A stretch of 50,559 nucleotides of DNA, taken from Candidatus Woesearchaeota archaeon (GTDB taxonomy: Archaea > Nanobdellota > Nanobdellia > Pacearchaeales > GW2011-AR1). The translations under genes were made by a program, and so were the position numbers. The first letter of the stretch is position 1. Every line of letters starts with the position of its first letter. The stretch is taken from contig CAZQLX010000001.1 in assembly GCA_964594495.1 (NCBI GenBank), positions 1 through 50,559 on the forward strand, given 5' to 3'. The notes below the pieces were generated by a model. It was not told where the DNA came from. It ran no database searches and was given only the letters and a program-made list of their open reading frames with translations. Shown here piece after piece: positions 35,371 through 44,475 of the stretch.

Positions 35371-36701
35371 TTTAACTTAAGCACACTCCCATTATGTAAC
35401 AAATGAACGTTTTTATTAGTTTTGTATCCCATTTCTTCAGCTAATTGCATTCCGGCAGTTAATTTCTTTAAATCTCCATGAGATGGAATTATATTTTCAG
35501 GATTTGTAAGCTTAATTAAATCTCTCAAATCCTCTTTTCCGCCATGGCCTGAAATATGCAGATTATCAAATATTCTAACATCGTGTTTTTTTAACCTTTT
35601 TTGTAATTGTTCTCGCGTTAATTCATTTATAGGGGTTGGAATTGTTTTTGAAGAAAAAAGAATATGATCTTCTTTTGAAAGCTTTAAAGGGAGTTGATTT
35701 CTAGAAAGTCTGTCTAACACTGATCCGGGTTCTCCTTGGTGTCCTGTGCAAACAACAAGATATTGCTGTTTATTTAAATTAATGCGTCTTAACATTTTCT
35801 CTTTTTGCTTTCTATAAGTTACCATGCTTATCTGATTTATAAATGGCGCCATTCCGACATTTTTAGCAGCATTTACATATTTAGAAAGACTTCTTCCAAC
35901 AAATACTACTTCTCTGTTTAATTTTCTTCCTAATTCAGTTATTGTTTTTAGTCTGGCGATATGAGATGAAAAAGTAGTTATAATCATTCCTGAATTTCGA
36001 TTATCTGTTGTAAAAAATACATCTTCAAGAAGACCTTTAGCAATTTTCTCTGATGGGGTTTTTCTATCATCATGGGCATATAAGCAGTCCACAATCAGAG
36101 CTTTTACTCCGATTTTTGATAATTCTTTTAATCTTCTGTAATTAGGGAGGTCCCCGAAAACGGGAGAATTGTCTAGCTTGTAGTCGTTTGCATAAAGAAC
36201 TATACCTTCATCTGTATGTACGGCAATGATTGCTGTATGAATTGTTGAATGAGTCATGTTAAGAAACTCAACTTTATAATTTCGTTTTCCTTTCACCGTA
36301 TACGATCCATTCATATTTACTGAAACAATTTTATTTGAAATACGTTGATTTGAGTCTTTAAGCATTATTTTAAGAAATTCTGAAGAAAAAGGAGTACTTA
36401 CTACATCGGCATTATAACGATATGCGTTATAAGGGATGGCGCCTATATGATCCAAATGTGCGTGAGAAACTAAAAGTGCACGTACTTTATGACGCAAATT
36501 TTTTCTTTCCAAGTATATATCATCAGGTAAAGCGCCAAGGGAACGCATGCCTTTTTCAGTAGGGATTTTTTCCCTTTCTTCTACTCCCACAATTGCTGGG
36601 AGAAAAAGACCAGAATCAAAAAGAATCACATCGTCTTTTATTTCGAGGGCAGTCATATTTTTACCAACCTCGTTATAACCTCCTATTGCATGTATATTCA
36701 T
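35367..36701 (-). CDS. rnj: Archaeal RNase J (beta-CASP metallo-beta-lactamase)
   Basis: It has 'LVSHAHLDHIG' (HxHxDH) and beta-CASP motifs, with 'HISGHG' near the C-terminus. It is 444 aa. Confidence 0.8.
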   Translation of the reverse strand: MNIHAIGGYNEVGKNMTALEIKDDVILFDSGLFLPAIVGVEEREKIPTEKGMRSLGALPDDIYLERKNLRHKVRALLVSHAHLDHIGAIPYNAYRYNADVVSTPFSSEFLKIMLKDSNQRISNKIVSVNMNGSYTVKGKRNYKVEFLNMTHSTIHTAIIAVHTDEGIVLYANDYKLDNSPVFGDLPNYRRLKELSKIGVKALIVDCLYAHDDRKTPSEKIAKGLLEDVFFTTDNRNSGMIITTFSSHIARLKTITELGRKLNREVVFVGRSLSKYVNAAKNVGMAPFINQISMVTYRKQKEKMLRRINLNKQQYLVVCTGHQGEPGSVLDRLSRNQLPLKLSKEDHILFSSKTIPTPINELTREQLQKRLKKHDVRIFDNLHISGHGGKEDLRDLIKLTNPENIIPSHGDLKKLTAGMQLAEEMGYKTNKNVHLLHNGSVLKLK

Positions 36702-36782
36702 TGCTTAACTAATTTATGACAGTTTAAATAAGTTTTTGATATAAGAAGTTGTTTTCACAAACTATTTATATTGAAAAATCAA

Positions 36783-37661
36783 ATGTATGTAATGTATAAG
36801 CACCATAAAGAGATTAACCATAGAAAGCATCAAAACATTCTATACACTTTAGTAATTATTGTTATTGTTCTGCAGATAGGTTTTATCGTAGTTGTTAGTT
36901 TTCAAGTGACTGGTTTTAATTATAAGTTAGATAAGACTGAAAAGAATTTATCGCAATATTATCAGTCATTGTTGGAAGATTATAAAAAACAGAACCAAGC
37001 AGAAATAAACGATCTTGCACTTGCCTTAGCTGCACAGGAAGCTAAACAGGACTCAGTAGAGGATGCTATAAGTAAACTTAAAGTTTCTCAGGCTGATTTT
37101 TCTGGAATAATTGAAAATTCATTAAAAAGTGTTGTCGGAGTTGTTACTGAAAGTTCTTTGGGGACTGGATTTGTTGTAAATAACGAGGGGTATATTGTAA
37201 CTAACGAACACGTTATCTCTGATGCAAAGAGAATAAGGGCGCTGACTTACGATAAAAGGGCTTTTAATGCTACTTTAATCGTGAAAGACAGCACAAGAGA
37301 TATTGCTCTCTTAAAAATAGAAGAGGACTTCCCTCAATTACAACTTGCTGATTCTAATGAGTTACAAATAGGAGAAAAGGTAATTGCTATTGGAAATCCT
37401 TTGGGACTTTCGTTTAGCGTAAGTGAGGGAATCATATCAGCTTTAGACAGAAGAGGACCTAGTAATTTGAGAGAGTATATTCAAACAGATGTATCTCTTA
37501 ATCCAGGTAATTCAGGCGGTCCTTTAATTAATACTGAAGGAGAAGTTGTAGGGATGAATAATTTTAAAATTAGTGATACAGAAGGGCTAGGATTCGCTTT
37601 AGAAAGTAATTCAATTAGAGAAACAATTAATAAACTAACAAATCAAACTATTATAGCATGA
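36783..37661 (+). CDS. Trypsin-like serine protease (S1C/HtrA-like, no PDZ), membrane anchored
   Basis: It has an N-terminal TM helix, 'GTGFVV', 'TNEHV', 'DIALLK' and 'GNSGGPL'. The ORF-track start at 36771 is a TTG, and the first ATG is at 36783. Confidence 0.8.
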   Translation: MYVMYKHHKEINHRKHQNILYTLVIIVIVLQIGFIVVVSFQVTGFNYKLDKTEKNLSQYYQSLLEDYKKQNQAEINDLALALAAQEAKQDSVEDAISKLKVSQADFSGIIENSLKSVVGVVTESSLGTGFVVNNEGYIVTNEHVISDAKRIRALTYDKRAFNATLIVKDSTRDIALLKIEEDFPQLQLADSNELQIGEKVIAIGNPLGLSFSVSEGIISALDRRGPSNLREYIQTDVSLNPGNSGGPLINTEGEVVGMNNFKISDTEGLGFALESNSIRETINKLTNQTIIA

Positions 37662-37924
37662 AACTTAAAGTAATGCCTAGTGAAAAAATAAATAGAAGGT
37701 ATCTTCTTATTGATGCTGATAAGGAAATTGTAGAAAAGGCAATTCTTGATTATATAGGTATTTTAGGATATGCCAAAGCTTCTCCTGTTTTTGTAAAACA
37801 CGATAAAATGACCATTTTATCAATAAATAGAGAAGAAATTAATAATGTTAGAGCTGCTTTGGAAATTTCTGAAAATAAAATTAAAGTGTTAAGAGTTTCT
37901 GGGACGCTGAAGGGATTGGAATAG
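37658..37924 (+). CDS. RNase P protein component 2 (Pop5/Rnp2), short form
   Basis: It has 'RRYLLID' and a C-terminal 'RVSGTLKG', resembling archaeal Pop5, plus an ATGA overlap with the upstream gene. Confidence 0.55.
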   Translation: MKLKVMPSEKINRRYLLIDADKEIVEKAILDYIGILGYAKASPVFVKHDKMTILSINREEINNVRAALEISENKIKVLRVSGTLKGLE

Positions 37925-37966
37925 ACTTAACGAAACCTTTAATTATGCTTTTCGTTTAGTCATTGA

Positions 37967-38467
37967 ATGGAAAAAAGAGGAGATTTGAGTTTGTCATTTG
38001 GGATGATATTTTCTATAATAATTATCGTAGCTGTTATTGCAATTGCTGCTTTTATAATTGTTAAGTTTTTAGCCACAAAGAACTGTATTGATTCTGGTAT
38101 TTTTTACAATGAATTACAAGAAAGAGTGGACAGAGCTTGGGGATCTACAATTGCAGAAGATCCTGAAAGTTTTAAAGTGCCTTCTGGTGTGAAGTCGATT
38201 TGTATAAGAGGAAATTCTAGTTCGGCAAACAGCGAATATGAAGAGGAGTATGAAGAATTGAAAGATTATTTAAGGACGAAGAGAAGCGCGACTCTATTCG
38301 TCTATCCACCTAATAATGCATGTGAGGGGAAAGTGCCTTATTATAAGTTAGAACACATAAAACTACCTACTCAATTCTTCTGTATTGAAGCAAAAAATGG
38401 AGAATTAGATTTAATCCTTCAAAAAGAAAGTAATGAGCCTCTGGTTAGAATTGTTGCAGGTACATAG
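37967..38467 (+). CDS. Type IV pilin-like protein with class III signal peptide (1 of 4)
   Basis: It has the N-terminus 'MEKRG|DLSLSFGMIFSIIIIVAVIAIAAFIIV' and a Cys-containing extracellular domain. Confidence 0.55.
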   Translation: MEKRGDLSLSFGMIFSIIIIVAVIAIAAFIIVKFLATKNCIDSGIFYNELQERVDRAWGSTIAEDPESFKVPSGVKSICIRGNSSSANSEYEEEYEELKDYLRTKRSATLFVYPPNNACEGKVPYYKLEHIKLPTQFFCIEAKNGELDLILQKESNEPLVRIVAGT

Positions 38468-38469
38468 AG

Positions 38470-39447
38470 ATGATAAATAAAAAAGGGTTCGAATTTGGAT
38501 TCGGATGGCTGTTTGCTATAATTGTCGGGGCAGTTATAATATTTTTAGCTATTTATACTGTGGTTAAATTAATTCCTCAAGAGCAAGATATACAAAGTTC
38601 ACAATCTGTAAAAGAACTTGAAAATCTATTAAGTCCTATTGAAAATGTAATTGAAAAGGGAAAAATAAGTTTTGCTAAGGAAACAAGATTAACGAACACT
38701 TGTGAAACTGCAGGTAATTTTGGGTCTCAAAGAATAAGTTTATCTTCGCGTACAAGTATAGGGAAAGCATGGACATCTGAAGGGATTAGTAGTAGAAGTT
38801 ACAATAAGTATATTTTCTCTTCAGAAAAAGTAGAGGGCAAGGAAATGCATCTGTTTACTAAACCGTTCAGCTTTCCATTCCGAATTGGAAATTTAATATT
38901 CTTATGGGGTGATAAAGAAAAATATTGTTTTGTAAACGCACCGAGGGAGATGGAAGAAGAAATTAGTGATTTAGGATTAAAAAATATAAATGTTACTTCA
39001 AGAATAGCGGATTGCGAAGAGGGAAGTAAGAGCGTTTGTTTTGCAAGTACGAGGTGTGATATTGATGTTGACTTAATGGCTGGAAAAGTAAGTAAAAAAG
39101 GAGAAAAGGCAGTTTATTATGAAGACTCTATTGTTTTTAGTTCGACATCGAATGTAGGAAGAAAAGATTATTCTTTGTTATATGGCGCTATATTTGCCGA
39201 TCCTGAAATATATGAATGTCAAGTAAAGAGATTGGGAAAAAGGGCGTCTGAGCTGGCATTAATTTATTTTGCTAAGAGTGGGAATATTGCTGCAAACGAG
39301 GGGTGTAGTGCAAATATTCAGGGAGAGCTAAGTAATTTTGCTGAAACAATGAGAGCAATTAATTCTTCTGCAAGTTTGAAAGGAATTAGGGTAAATGCTG
39401 AAGAATTAGGGAGGAAAAACAATGATCTTATCTGTAAAATATTCTAA
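38470..39447 (+). CDS. Type IV pilin-like protein with class III signal peptide (2 of 4)
   Basis: It has the N-terminus 'MINKKG|FEFGFGWLFAIIVGAVIIFLAIY' and 9 Cys in the mature part. Confidence 0.55.
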   Translation: MINKKGFEFGFGWLFAIIVGAVIIFLAIYTVVKLIPQEQDIQSSQSVKELENLLSPIENVIEKGKISFAKETRLTNTCETAGNFGSQRISLSSRTSIGKAWTSEGISSRSYNKYIFSSEKVEGKEMHLFTKPFSFPFRIGNLIFLWGDKEKYCFVNAPREMEEEISDLGLKNINVTSRIADCEEGSKSVCFASTRCDIDVDLMAGKVSKKGEKAVYYEDSIVFSSTSNVGRKDYSLLYGAIFADPEIYECQVKRLGKRASELALIYFAKSGNIAANEGCSANIQGELSNFAETMRAINSSASLKGIRVNAEELGRKNNDLICKIF

Positions 39448-39922
39448 AGGGCAGTTGAAGATACAAGAAATGGCTTTTGTTTTAGTTGCTATAATGATAT
39501 TTTTTGCTATGATAGCATTAATTTATTTTTCAGTAAGACTAAATTCGTTAGAAGGAGATGTTCAAAACCTTGAGGATGATTACGCGAAAGAGATTGTGAA
39601 GAAGATTACTTTAAGTCCCGAGTTCAGTTGGGAAAGCGGAAGTTGTGATAGCTGTTTAGATTTCGATAAGGCGTTTTTATTAAAAGATAGAAAATCTTAT
39701 CAAAACTTTTGGGAATTGGATTACTTGGCTGTTGAGAGAGTACATCCTGTCTCTAACAGAGGAGAATGTAATAATGATAATTATCCAGATTGTGGTATCG
39801 TAACAATTAGAAATGTTACTAAGGGCGCTCCGGCTGACACTTTCGTATCTATATGCAGAATAGAAGATGGAAAGACGAAATGTGAACTGGGAAGGATATA
39901 TGCTTCCGGGAGAAATATCTAA
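39422..39922 (+). CDS. Type IV pilin-like protein with class III signal peptide (3 of 4)
   Basis: It has the N-terminus 'MILSVKYSKG|QLKIQEMAFVLVAIMIFFAMIALIYF'. It overlaps the previous gene by 26 nt. Confidence 0.5.
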   Translation: MILSVKYSKGQLKIQEMAFVLVAIMIFFAMIALIYFSVRLNSLEGDVQNLEDDYAKEIVKKITLSPEFSWESGSCDSCLDFDKAFLLKDRKSYQNFWELDYLAVERVHPVSNRGECNNDNYPDCGIVTIRNVTKGAPADTFVSICRIEDGKTKCELGRIYASGRNI

Positions 39923-40431
39923 TGAAAACAAACAAAAAAGGACAGGAAGAGATTGTAGGGTTCGTGTTAATTGTAGTGCTTGTCAGTGTGGTTATTCTTA
40001 TCTTCTTAGGGATTATGTTGCGAAACCCGGGAAACAACGAAAGGGAGAGTATAGATGTATATAACTTCATTACGGCATCTTTGAGTTATACCACTAATTG
40101 CTCGAATAATGGAGAATATTACGATGTTGGGCGTTTAGTAAGGAAATGCTATCAGGAAGAAGGATTTATATGCCAAAACGGGGAAAGAGGATGCGAGGTA
40201 GTTAATAGCACTTGGAAAGAGATCCTGGATACGGGATGGCAAGTAAGCCCAGAAGGAAAATATAAGGCATATGTCTTAAACGTCACTCAGTCTAATAACT
40301 TTACTTCAAGGCAGAATAAAGAGTTTATATTTCTAAGCAAGGGAAATTGCTCCGAGAATATAATTGGATCGGAAGAACCAATTCCTTTGGATCAAGGAAA
40401 TATGATTGTTTCCCTTAAGATATGTAGCTAA
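39922..40431 (+). CDS. Type IV pilin-like protein with class III signal peptide (4 of 4)
   Basis: It has the N-terminus 'MKTNKKG|QEEIVGFVLIVVLVSVVILIFLGIM' and a TAATG overlap with the previous gene. Confidence 0.55.
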   Translation: MKTNKKGQEEIVGFVLIVVLVSVVILIFLGIMLRNPGNNERESIDVYNFITASLSYTTNCSNNGEYYDVGRLVRKCYQEEGFICQNGERGCEVVNSTWKEILDTGWQVSPEGKYKAYVLNVTQSNNFTSRQNKEFIFLSKGNCSENIIGSEEPIPLDQGNMIVSLKICS

Positions 40432-40787
40432 ACTTTTAAATGGATATGTATAGAGTCTACTACGATTACTGGTTTTAGGCGTTCTCTTTTTCCTGTTTTT
40501 TCTGCAATCATGTCTATGAAACCGAATCTTTCTAAAAGTTTGATGTCATCATTGACAGATTTAAAATCTCTCCCCGAGATTTTAGCTAATTCATAAATAG
40601 ATGAAGGGTTCTTACTTTTAATTAAATGAAGTAATCTTGCTTTTTCATTATTTAGTAATTTTCTTAGAGCAGACAGGCCTTCAAAATCATATTCTTTTCC
40701 TTCGCCTGTAAATTTTTTAAAAAAAGTACTAAAAGAACCCTCTTCCTCGACGATAGTTATTTCCCTTGTTTTTGTTTTTTGTGCCAT
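40428..40787 (-). CDS. Winged-helix DNA-binding protein (predicted transcriptional regulator)
   Basis: 'ARLLHLIKSKNPSSIYELAKISGRDFKSVNDDIKLLERFGFI' is a typical wHTH. Confidence 0.65.
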   Translation of the reverse strand: MAQKTKTREITIVEEEGSFSTFFKKFTGEGKEYDFEGLSALRKLLNNEKARLLHLIKSKNPSSIYELAKISGRDFKSVNDDIKLLERFGFIDMIAEKTGKRERLKPVIVVDSIHIHLKV

Positions 40788-41164
40788 TTTTATAATATAT
40801 GTCTTTCTTTATTAGATATGTATAATATATACTTAGTATTTATATGTTTCGTTTTCCTATATATGATTATTATACCATATATCATAATTTTTAGTATAAA
40901 TTTAATTAAAAATTAAGAAAAATAAAGTGTCATAAAAGATAGTAACATCACAAGATTTATAAAGGGTAGGGTGACAATTTTGGATACCTCTTCGTAACAA
41001 TAAGATAATTAGGCAAAGCTTTTTAAAGGATCAAAGATTTAACTTGTTTAACCCTTAAAGCTTTAATGTGGTATATTTATTATATCACATCATGGACAGT
41101 TGCTGATTAACAAGCAATTTCTTTTTGAGAGGCCCTGCGGGGTCGTCCCGGGAATAGAGCTGAA

Positions 41165-41170
41165 AGGAGG
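41165..41170 (+). promoter_or_regulatory. Shine-Dalgarno sequence AGGAGG of the S-layer gene
   Basis: AGGAGG lies 9 nt upstream of the ATG at 41180. Confidence 0.65.
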
Positions 41171-41179
41171 TTTAAAAAG

Positions 41180-43609
41180 ATGAAATTAAATTTTAGAAAA
41201 ATTGCCTCGGTTCTTGCAAGCACAGTTATGATTAGTTCGACAGCAGCATTGGCTGTAGCAGCAAACTATCCAGCTCCTTTCGTACAGAATGGAATGGCTG
41301 ACGTTGCTGTTGTTTGGGGTACAACTGCCGCAAACACAGACCTTGTAGCTGTAACTGATATTACTGCTAGCTTAGAAGCAGAACTAGGGAAGCAAGCTCC
41401 AACAACACCTACTACAAACACCACAATAACTGGTGCGAGAGATGTTGTTAAACTTGAGAAATCGAGTGATAAATTTAATCTAGGAGATACAATGAGTGGA
41501 GTATTTGGAGCAACAGTAGATGATGAGGATCTAGAAGTTTTGTTGGCTGATGGTACATATCTCAATGATGAAAACACAGAGTATGAATATGAGCAAAAAC
41601 TTACTCTTCTAGCACGATCATTAACTTACTTTGCAGATTCTGACTATAAGGACAAAGAGCCTACGGTTGGATTCCAAGTAAGCTCGGGTGTGCCTGTATT
41701 AAACTATACACTAGACTTTACCACGGATGCAGAATCTGATATAACTAGCGGAGATCTTGTTGATTTTGAAACAACTAATCTAAACATATTAGGCAAGAAT
41801 TACTATATTCTTGATTTCAAGAACGACAGTACTAGCGCGAATACATATTCTGGAAAAGTTACCTTACTAGATGCTGCAACATCAGCAATAGTAACTGAAG
41901 GTGAAACTCAAACTGTAACAGTTAATGGAAAGTCATATGAGGTTGCAATAAACTTCGTGACTTCTAGTAACGTAAAGCTTGAGGTTAACGGACAAGTTAC
42001 AAATTCTTTAGCAAATGGAGAAACTTTCAAATTGACTGATGGTACATACATCGGTATCAAAGAAATTCTTCATAACGCAAAAGATACTGGTATAAGTAAG
42101 ACTGAATTCAGCATAGGGTCTGGAAAATTAGAGATCACTTCTGATGGAAGTGAGATCGAATTAAACGATGACGCTGTGGATGGAATGAAAGGTTGGTTTG
42201 TTAAAGGTACTAAATCGGGTACTAAGGAAAGACTTGATAAATTCGTTCTACAGTGGGATACTGACGAGGAGGAATTTATTGCTCCTTCAGCAGATCTTGT
42301 TCAGCCTGGATTCCAAGCTATTAAGTTTTCCATGACAGAATTTGTAGTTCCTTCACCGGAAACTATAAATGTTGATCATGATGGAGACGATAGTATTGAA
42401 TTGAAAATACCAATAAAAGATGGTAGTGCTAAATTCAATCTATTAAAAGCTAACTCAACTGGTGGTATCGACTTAATTGGAAAGGATACTGATCAGAGAC
42501 TTGCTACAACAAACGAGAGCGTACTTTACTATTATCAAACAGTATCTAGCAACAACTATCATAGATGGTTTGTAGCTTCTTACAATACATCAGATAATTC
42601 AGAATCTTATTTGTTATCTGCCTCTGTAACAGAAAGTGAGGGTAAAAACAGAACAACAATTAAGAACGAAGTAACTGGTGAAAATGTTTGTACGGATAAA
42701 GTAGCTGATGATGTGTGTGACATAGGTGATGTATCATTTACCATTACACAAGTCAACAGAACGAGTAGTGATAAAAACGTTAAGATAACAGCAGCAGCAG
42801 CATCGAACACAAAGTTCGATAGAATATATTCTAAAGAAGGACTATTGGTCTTCTTACCTGTAGCTGTTAACGGCACTACGAGTTCGACCGCTCCAGGTCA
42901 TATCAACTTAAACATCTCTAGTACTAGCGCAGGTTATAACCGTGATAGTTACTATGTGTTTATGGAAGAAGAAGACAAGGATGACGACGTTGCAGAAGGT
43001 GTAAGATTTAACGTTACTGTCAATAACGACGCTGACGGAGATCTACATATATCTGCAGTAGACACAGGTCAAACTAACAAGGACATTCCAGGTAGTGATG
43101 ATGACACTACAAGCAGAGTTGTATCAGCACTAGCTACTAAGGTAGACAGAATAGTCGCTGCCGATAGAGGACAAGCTTTGATAACATACTCTGGTAAAGA
43201 GGCTTACGCTCAAGTATACTTAACTGATACAGGAGCTACGGCTTCAAGTGGAGGAACTTCACAACTAGGATCTGTTTCCGTAAAGGACTCAGAAGTTGCA
43301 TCGGTTTCTGGCAAGAACTTAATTGTTGTTGGTGGAAGCTGTGTAAACACTGTGGCTGCTGAATTATTGGGAGTGACTGCTCCAGCATGTGGAGAGGCAT
43401 TTACCGCGGCAACCGGAGTGGGTGACGGTCAATTCTTGATCCAATCCTTCTCAAGCAAGTGGGCAACTGGTAAAATCGCAACTCTTGTTGCAGGTTACAA
43501 CGCTGCAGATACCACAAACGCTGCCAAATACTTGACAACACAAACTGTTGACACAAGTGCTGGACAGAAGATGGTAAAAACTTCAGCAGAAGTAGCAACC
43601 TTAGTTTAA
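41180..43609 (+). CDS. S-layer (surface layer) protein
   Basis: It has the Sec signal peptide 'MKLNFRKIASVLASTVMISSTAALAVAA'. The N-terminal 'NYPAPFV' and C-terminal 'LIVVGGSCVNTVAAELLG' resemble euryarchaeal S-layer proteins as I remember them. It has T/S/D/N-rich composition, many N-x-S/T sequons, a strong SD and a T-rich terminator. Confidence 0.7.
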   Translation: MKLNFRKIASVLASTVMISSTAALAVAANYPAPFVQNGMADVAVVWGTTAANTDLVAVTDITASLEAELGKQAPTTPTTNTTITGARDVVKLEKSSDKFNLGDTMSGVFGATVDDEDLEVLLADGTYLNDENTEYEYEQKLTLLARSLTYFADSDYKDKEPTVGFQVSSGVPVLNYTLDFTTDAESDITSGDLVDFETTNLNILGKNYYILDFKNDSTSANTYSGKVTLLDAATSAIVTEGETQTVTVNGKSYEVAINFVTSSNVKLEVNGQVTNSLANGETFKLTDGTYIGIKEILHNAKDTGISKTEFSIGSGKLEITSDGSEIELNDDAVDGMKGWFVKGTKSGTKERLDKFVLQWDTDEEEFIAPSADLVQPGFQAIKFSMTEFVVPSPETINVDHDGDDSIELKIPIKDGSAKFNLLKANSTGGIDLIGKDTDQRLATTNESVLYYYQTVSSNNYHRWFVASYNTSDNSESYLLSASVTESEGKNRTTIKNEVTGENVCTDKVADDVCDIGDVSFTITQVNRTSSDKNVKITAAAASNTKFDRIYSKEGLLVFLPVAVNGTTSSTAPGHINLNISSTSAGYNRDSYYVFMEEEDKDDDVAEGVRFNVTVNNDADGDLHISAVDTGQTNKDIPGSDDDTTSRVVSALATKVDRIVAADRGQALITYSGKEAYAQVYLTDTGATASSGGTSQLGSVSVKDSEVASVSGKNLIVVGGSCVNTVAAELLGVTAPACGEAFTAATGVGDGQFLIQSFSSKWATGKIATLVAGYNAADTTNAAKYLTTQTVDTSAGQKMVKTSAEVATLV

Positions 43610-43616
43610 GAACAAA

Positions 43617-43649
43617 TTTTTTATTTTTTTCTTTTTCTTTCTTTTTTTA
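43617..43649 (+). terminator. Oligo-T archaeal terminator region downstream of the S-layer gene
   Basis: 'TTTTTTATTTTTTTCTTTTTCTTTCTTTTTTTA' starts 8 nt after the stop codon. Confidence 0.55.
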
Positions 43650-43806
43650 TTACCTGGCGAGAGCTAGATGAGATTTGACTAGTTTAATGATTAGGGTAAA
43701 TAGTCTAAGATATTATTATATTGCAAAGAATGAAATAATAAATACCTTGTTATAATAGATCTATTATAGTTGGTATAGATAACTAAATATTCGTCTACAA
43801 TCTCAC

Positions 43807-43847
43807 TAGAAAATCAACTCACACAGCGCCGTTAAGTTGATTTTCTA
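43807..43847. promoter_or_regulatory. 13-bp perfect inverted repeat (TAGAAAATCAACT N15 AGTTGATTTTCTA)
   Basis: Read directly from the sequence. It abuts the first ATG (43849) of the downstream ORF. Confidence 0.5.
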
Positions 43848-43848
43848 A

Positions 43849-44445
43849 ATGTTTTTAAAGCATGAATATTTCACATTTAGGATGAATCCTTTGATAAAGC
43901 CTTTGGTATCTGAAGCAGAAAAAGAAAGGAAGAAAAACAAGAGAAACTACATACTTATAGGGTTTATACTCTTACTTTTAGTTGCAAGTAGTGCAAGCTT
44001 TGCCTTCATATCTAACCCTACACCACAGACAAATACGGGATCAAGCAGCCCCGTAACTAGTGTTGGTGGAAAATATGCACTACAATATGGAGCAGAAACT
44101 ATTTATTTTACTAATTCTCCTGAACAAACAAATAATATCTCTACAGAAATCTTATTTACATTAAATAATTATTATTCACAACCCTTGTACATAGCAACAG
44201 AAAGTGATCTAATTTATTATGAAATCTCTTCGACTTTAGGAAGATATCCTGAAAGGGTTCAACATGCATGTTATGGTCCATGTAATTTAAGTTACGCTGA
44301 GAAAAATTGCACCGAGAATCTCATTGTGATAAATCCTAACATTGAAAATAAAGTTACACAACAAGATAAATGCGTCTTTATTGAAGGGGATATGAGGGCA
44401 GTTGATGCATTTCTATACAAGATTTTCGGGGTAAAAAAACAATAA
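43849..44445 (+). CDS. Membrane-anchored extracellular protein, hypothetical (start 43849 or 43882)
   Basis: It has an N-terminal TM anchor 'YILIGFILLLLVASSASFAF', Cys pairs and sequons. Confidence 0.55.
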   Translation: MFLKHEYFTFRMNPLIKPLVSEAEKERKKNKRNYILIGFILLLLVASSASFAFISNPTPQTNTGSSSPVTSVGGKYALQYGAETIYFTNSPEQTNNISTEILFTLNNYYSQPLYIATESDLIYYEISSTLGRYPERVQHACYGPCNLSYAEKNCTENLIVINPNIENKVTQQDKCVFIEGDMRAVDAFLYKIFGVKKQ

Positions 44446-44475
44446 ATTTTTAAAATAAATAAAACTAAATAAAAA

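Noticed and set aside
38485-38494. Whether the 'GGGTTCGAAT' T-arm-like string indicates a tRNA.
   Set aside because: It lies in frame inside the pilin-like CDS, encoding 'KKGFEFG'. No acceptor or anticodon stems can be drawn around it. I found no convincing tRNA anywhere in the window.
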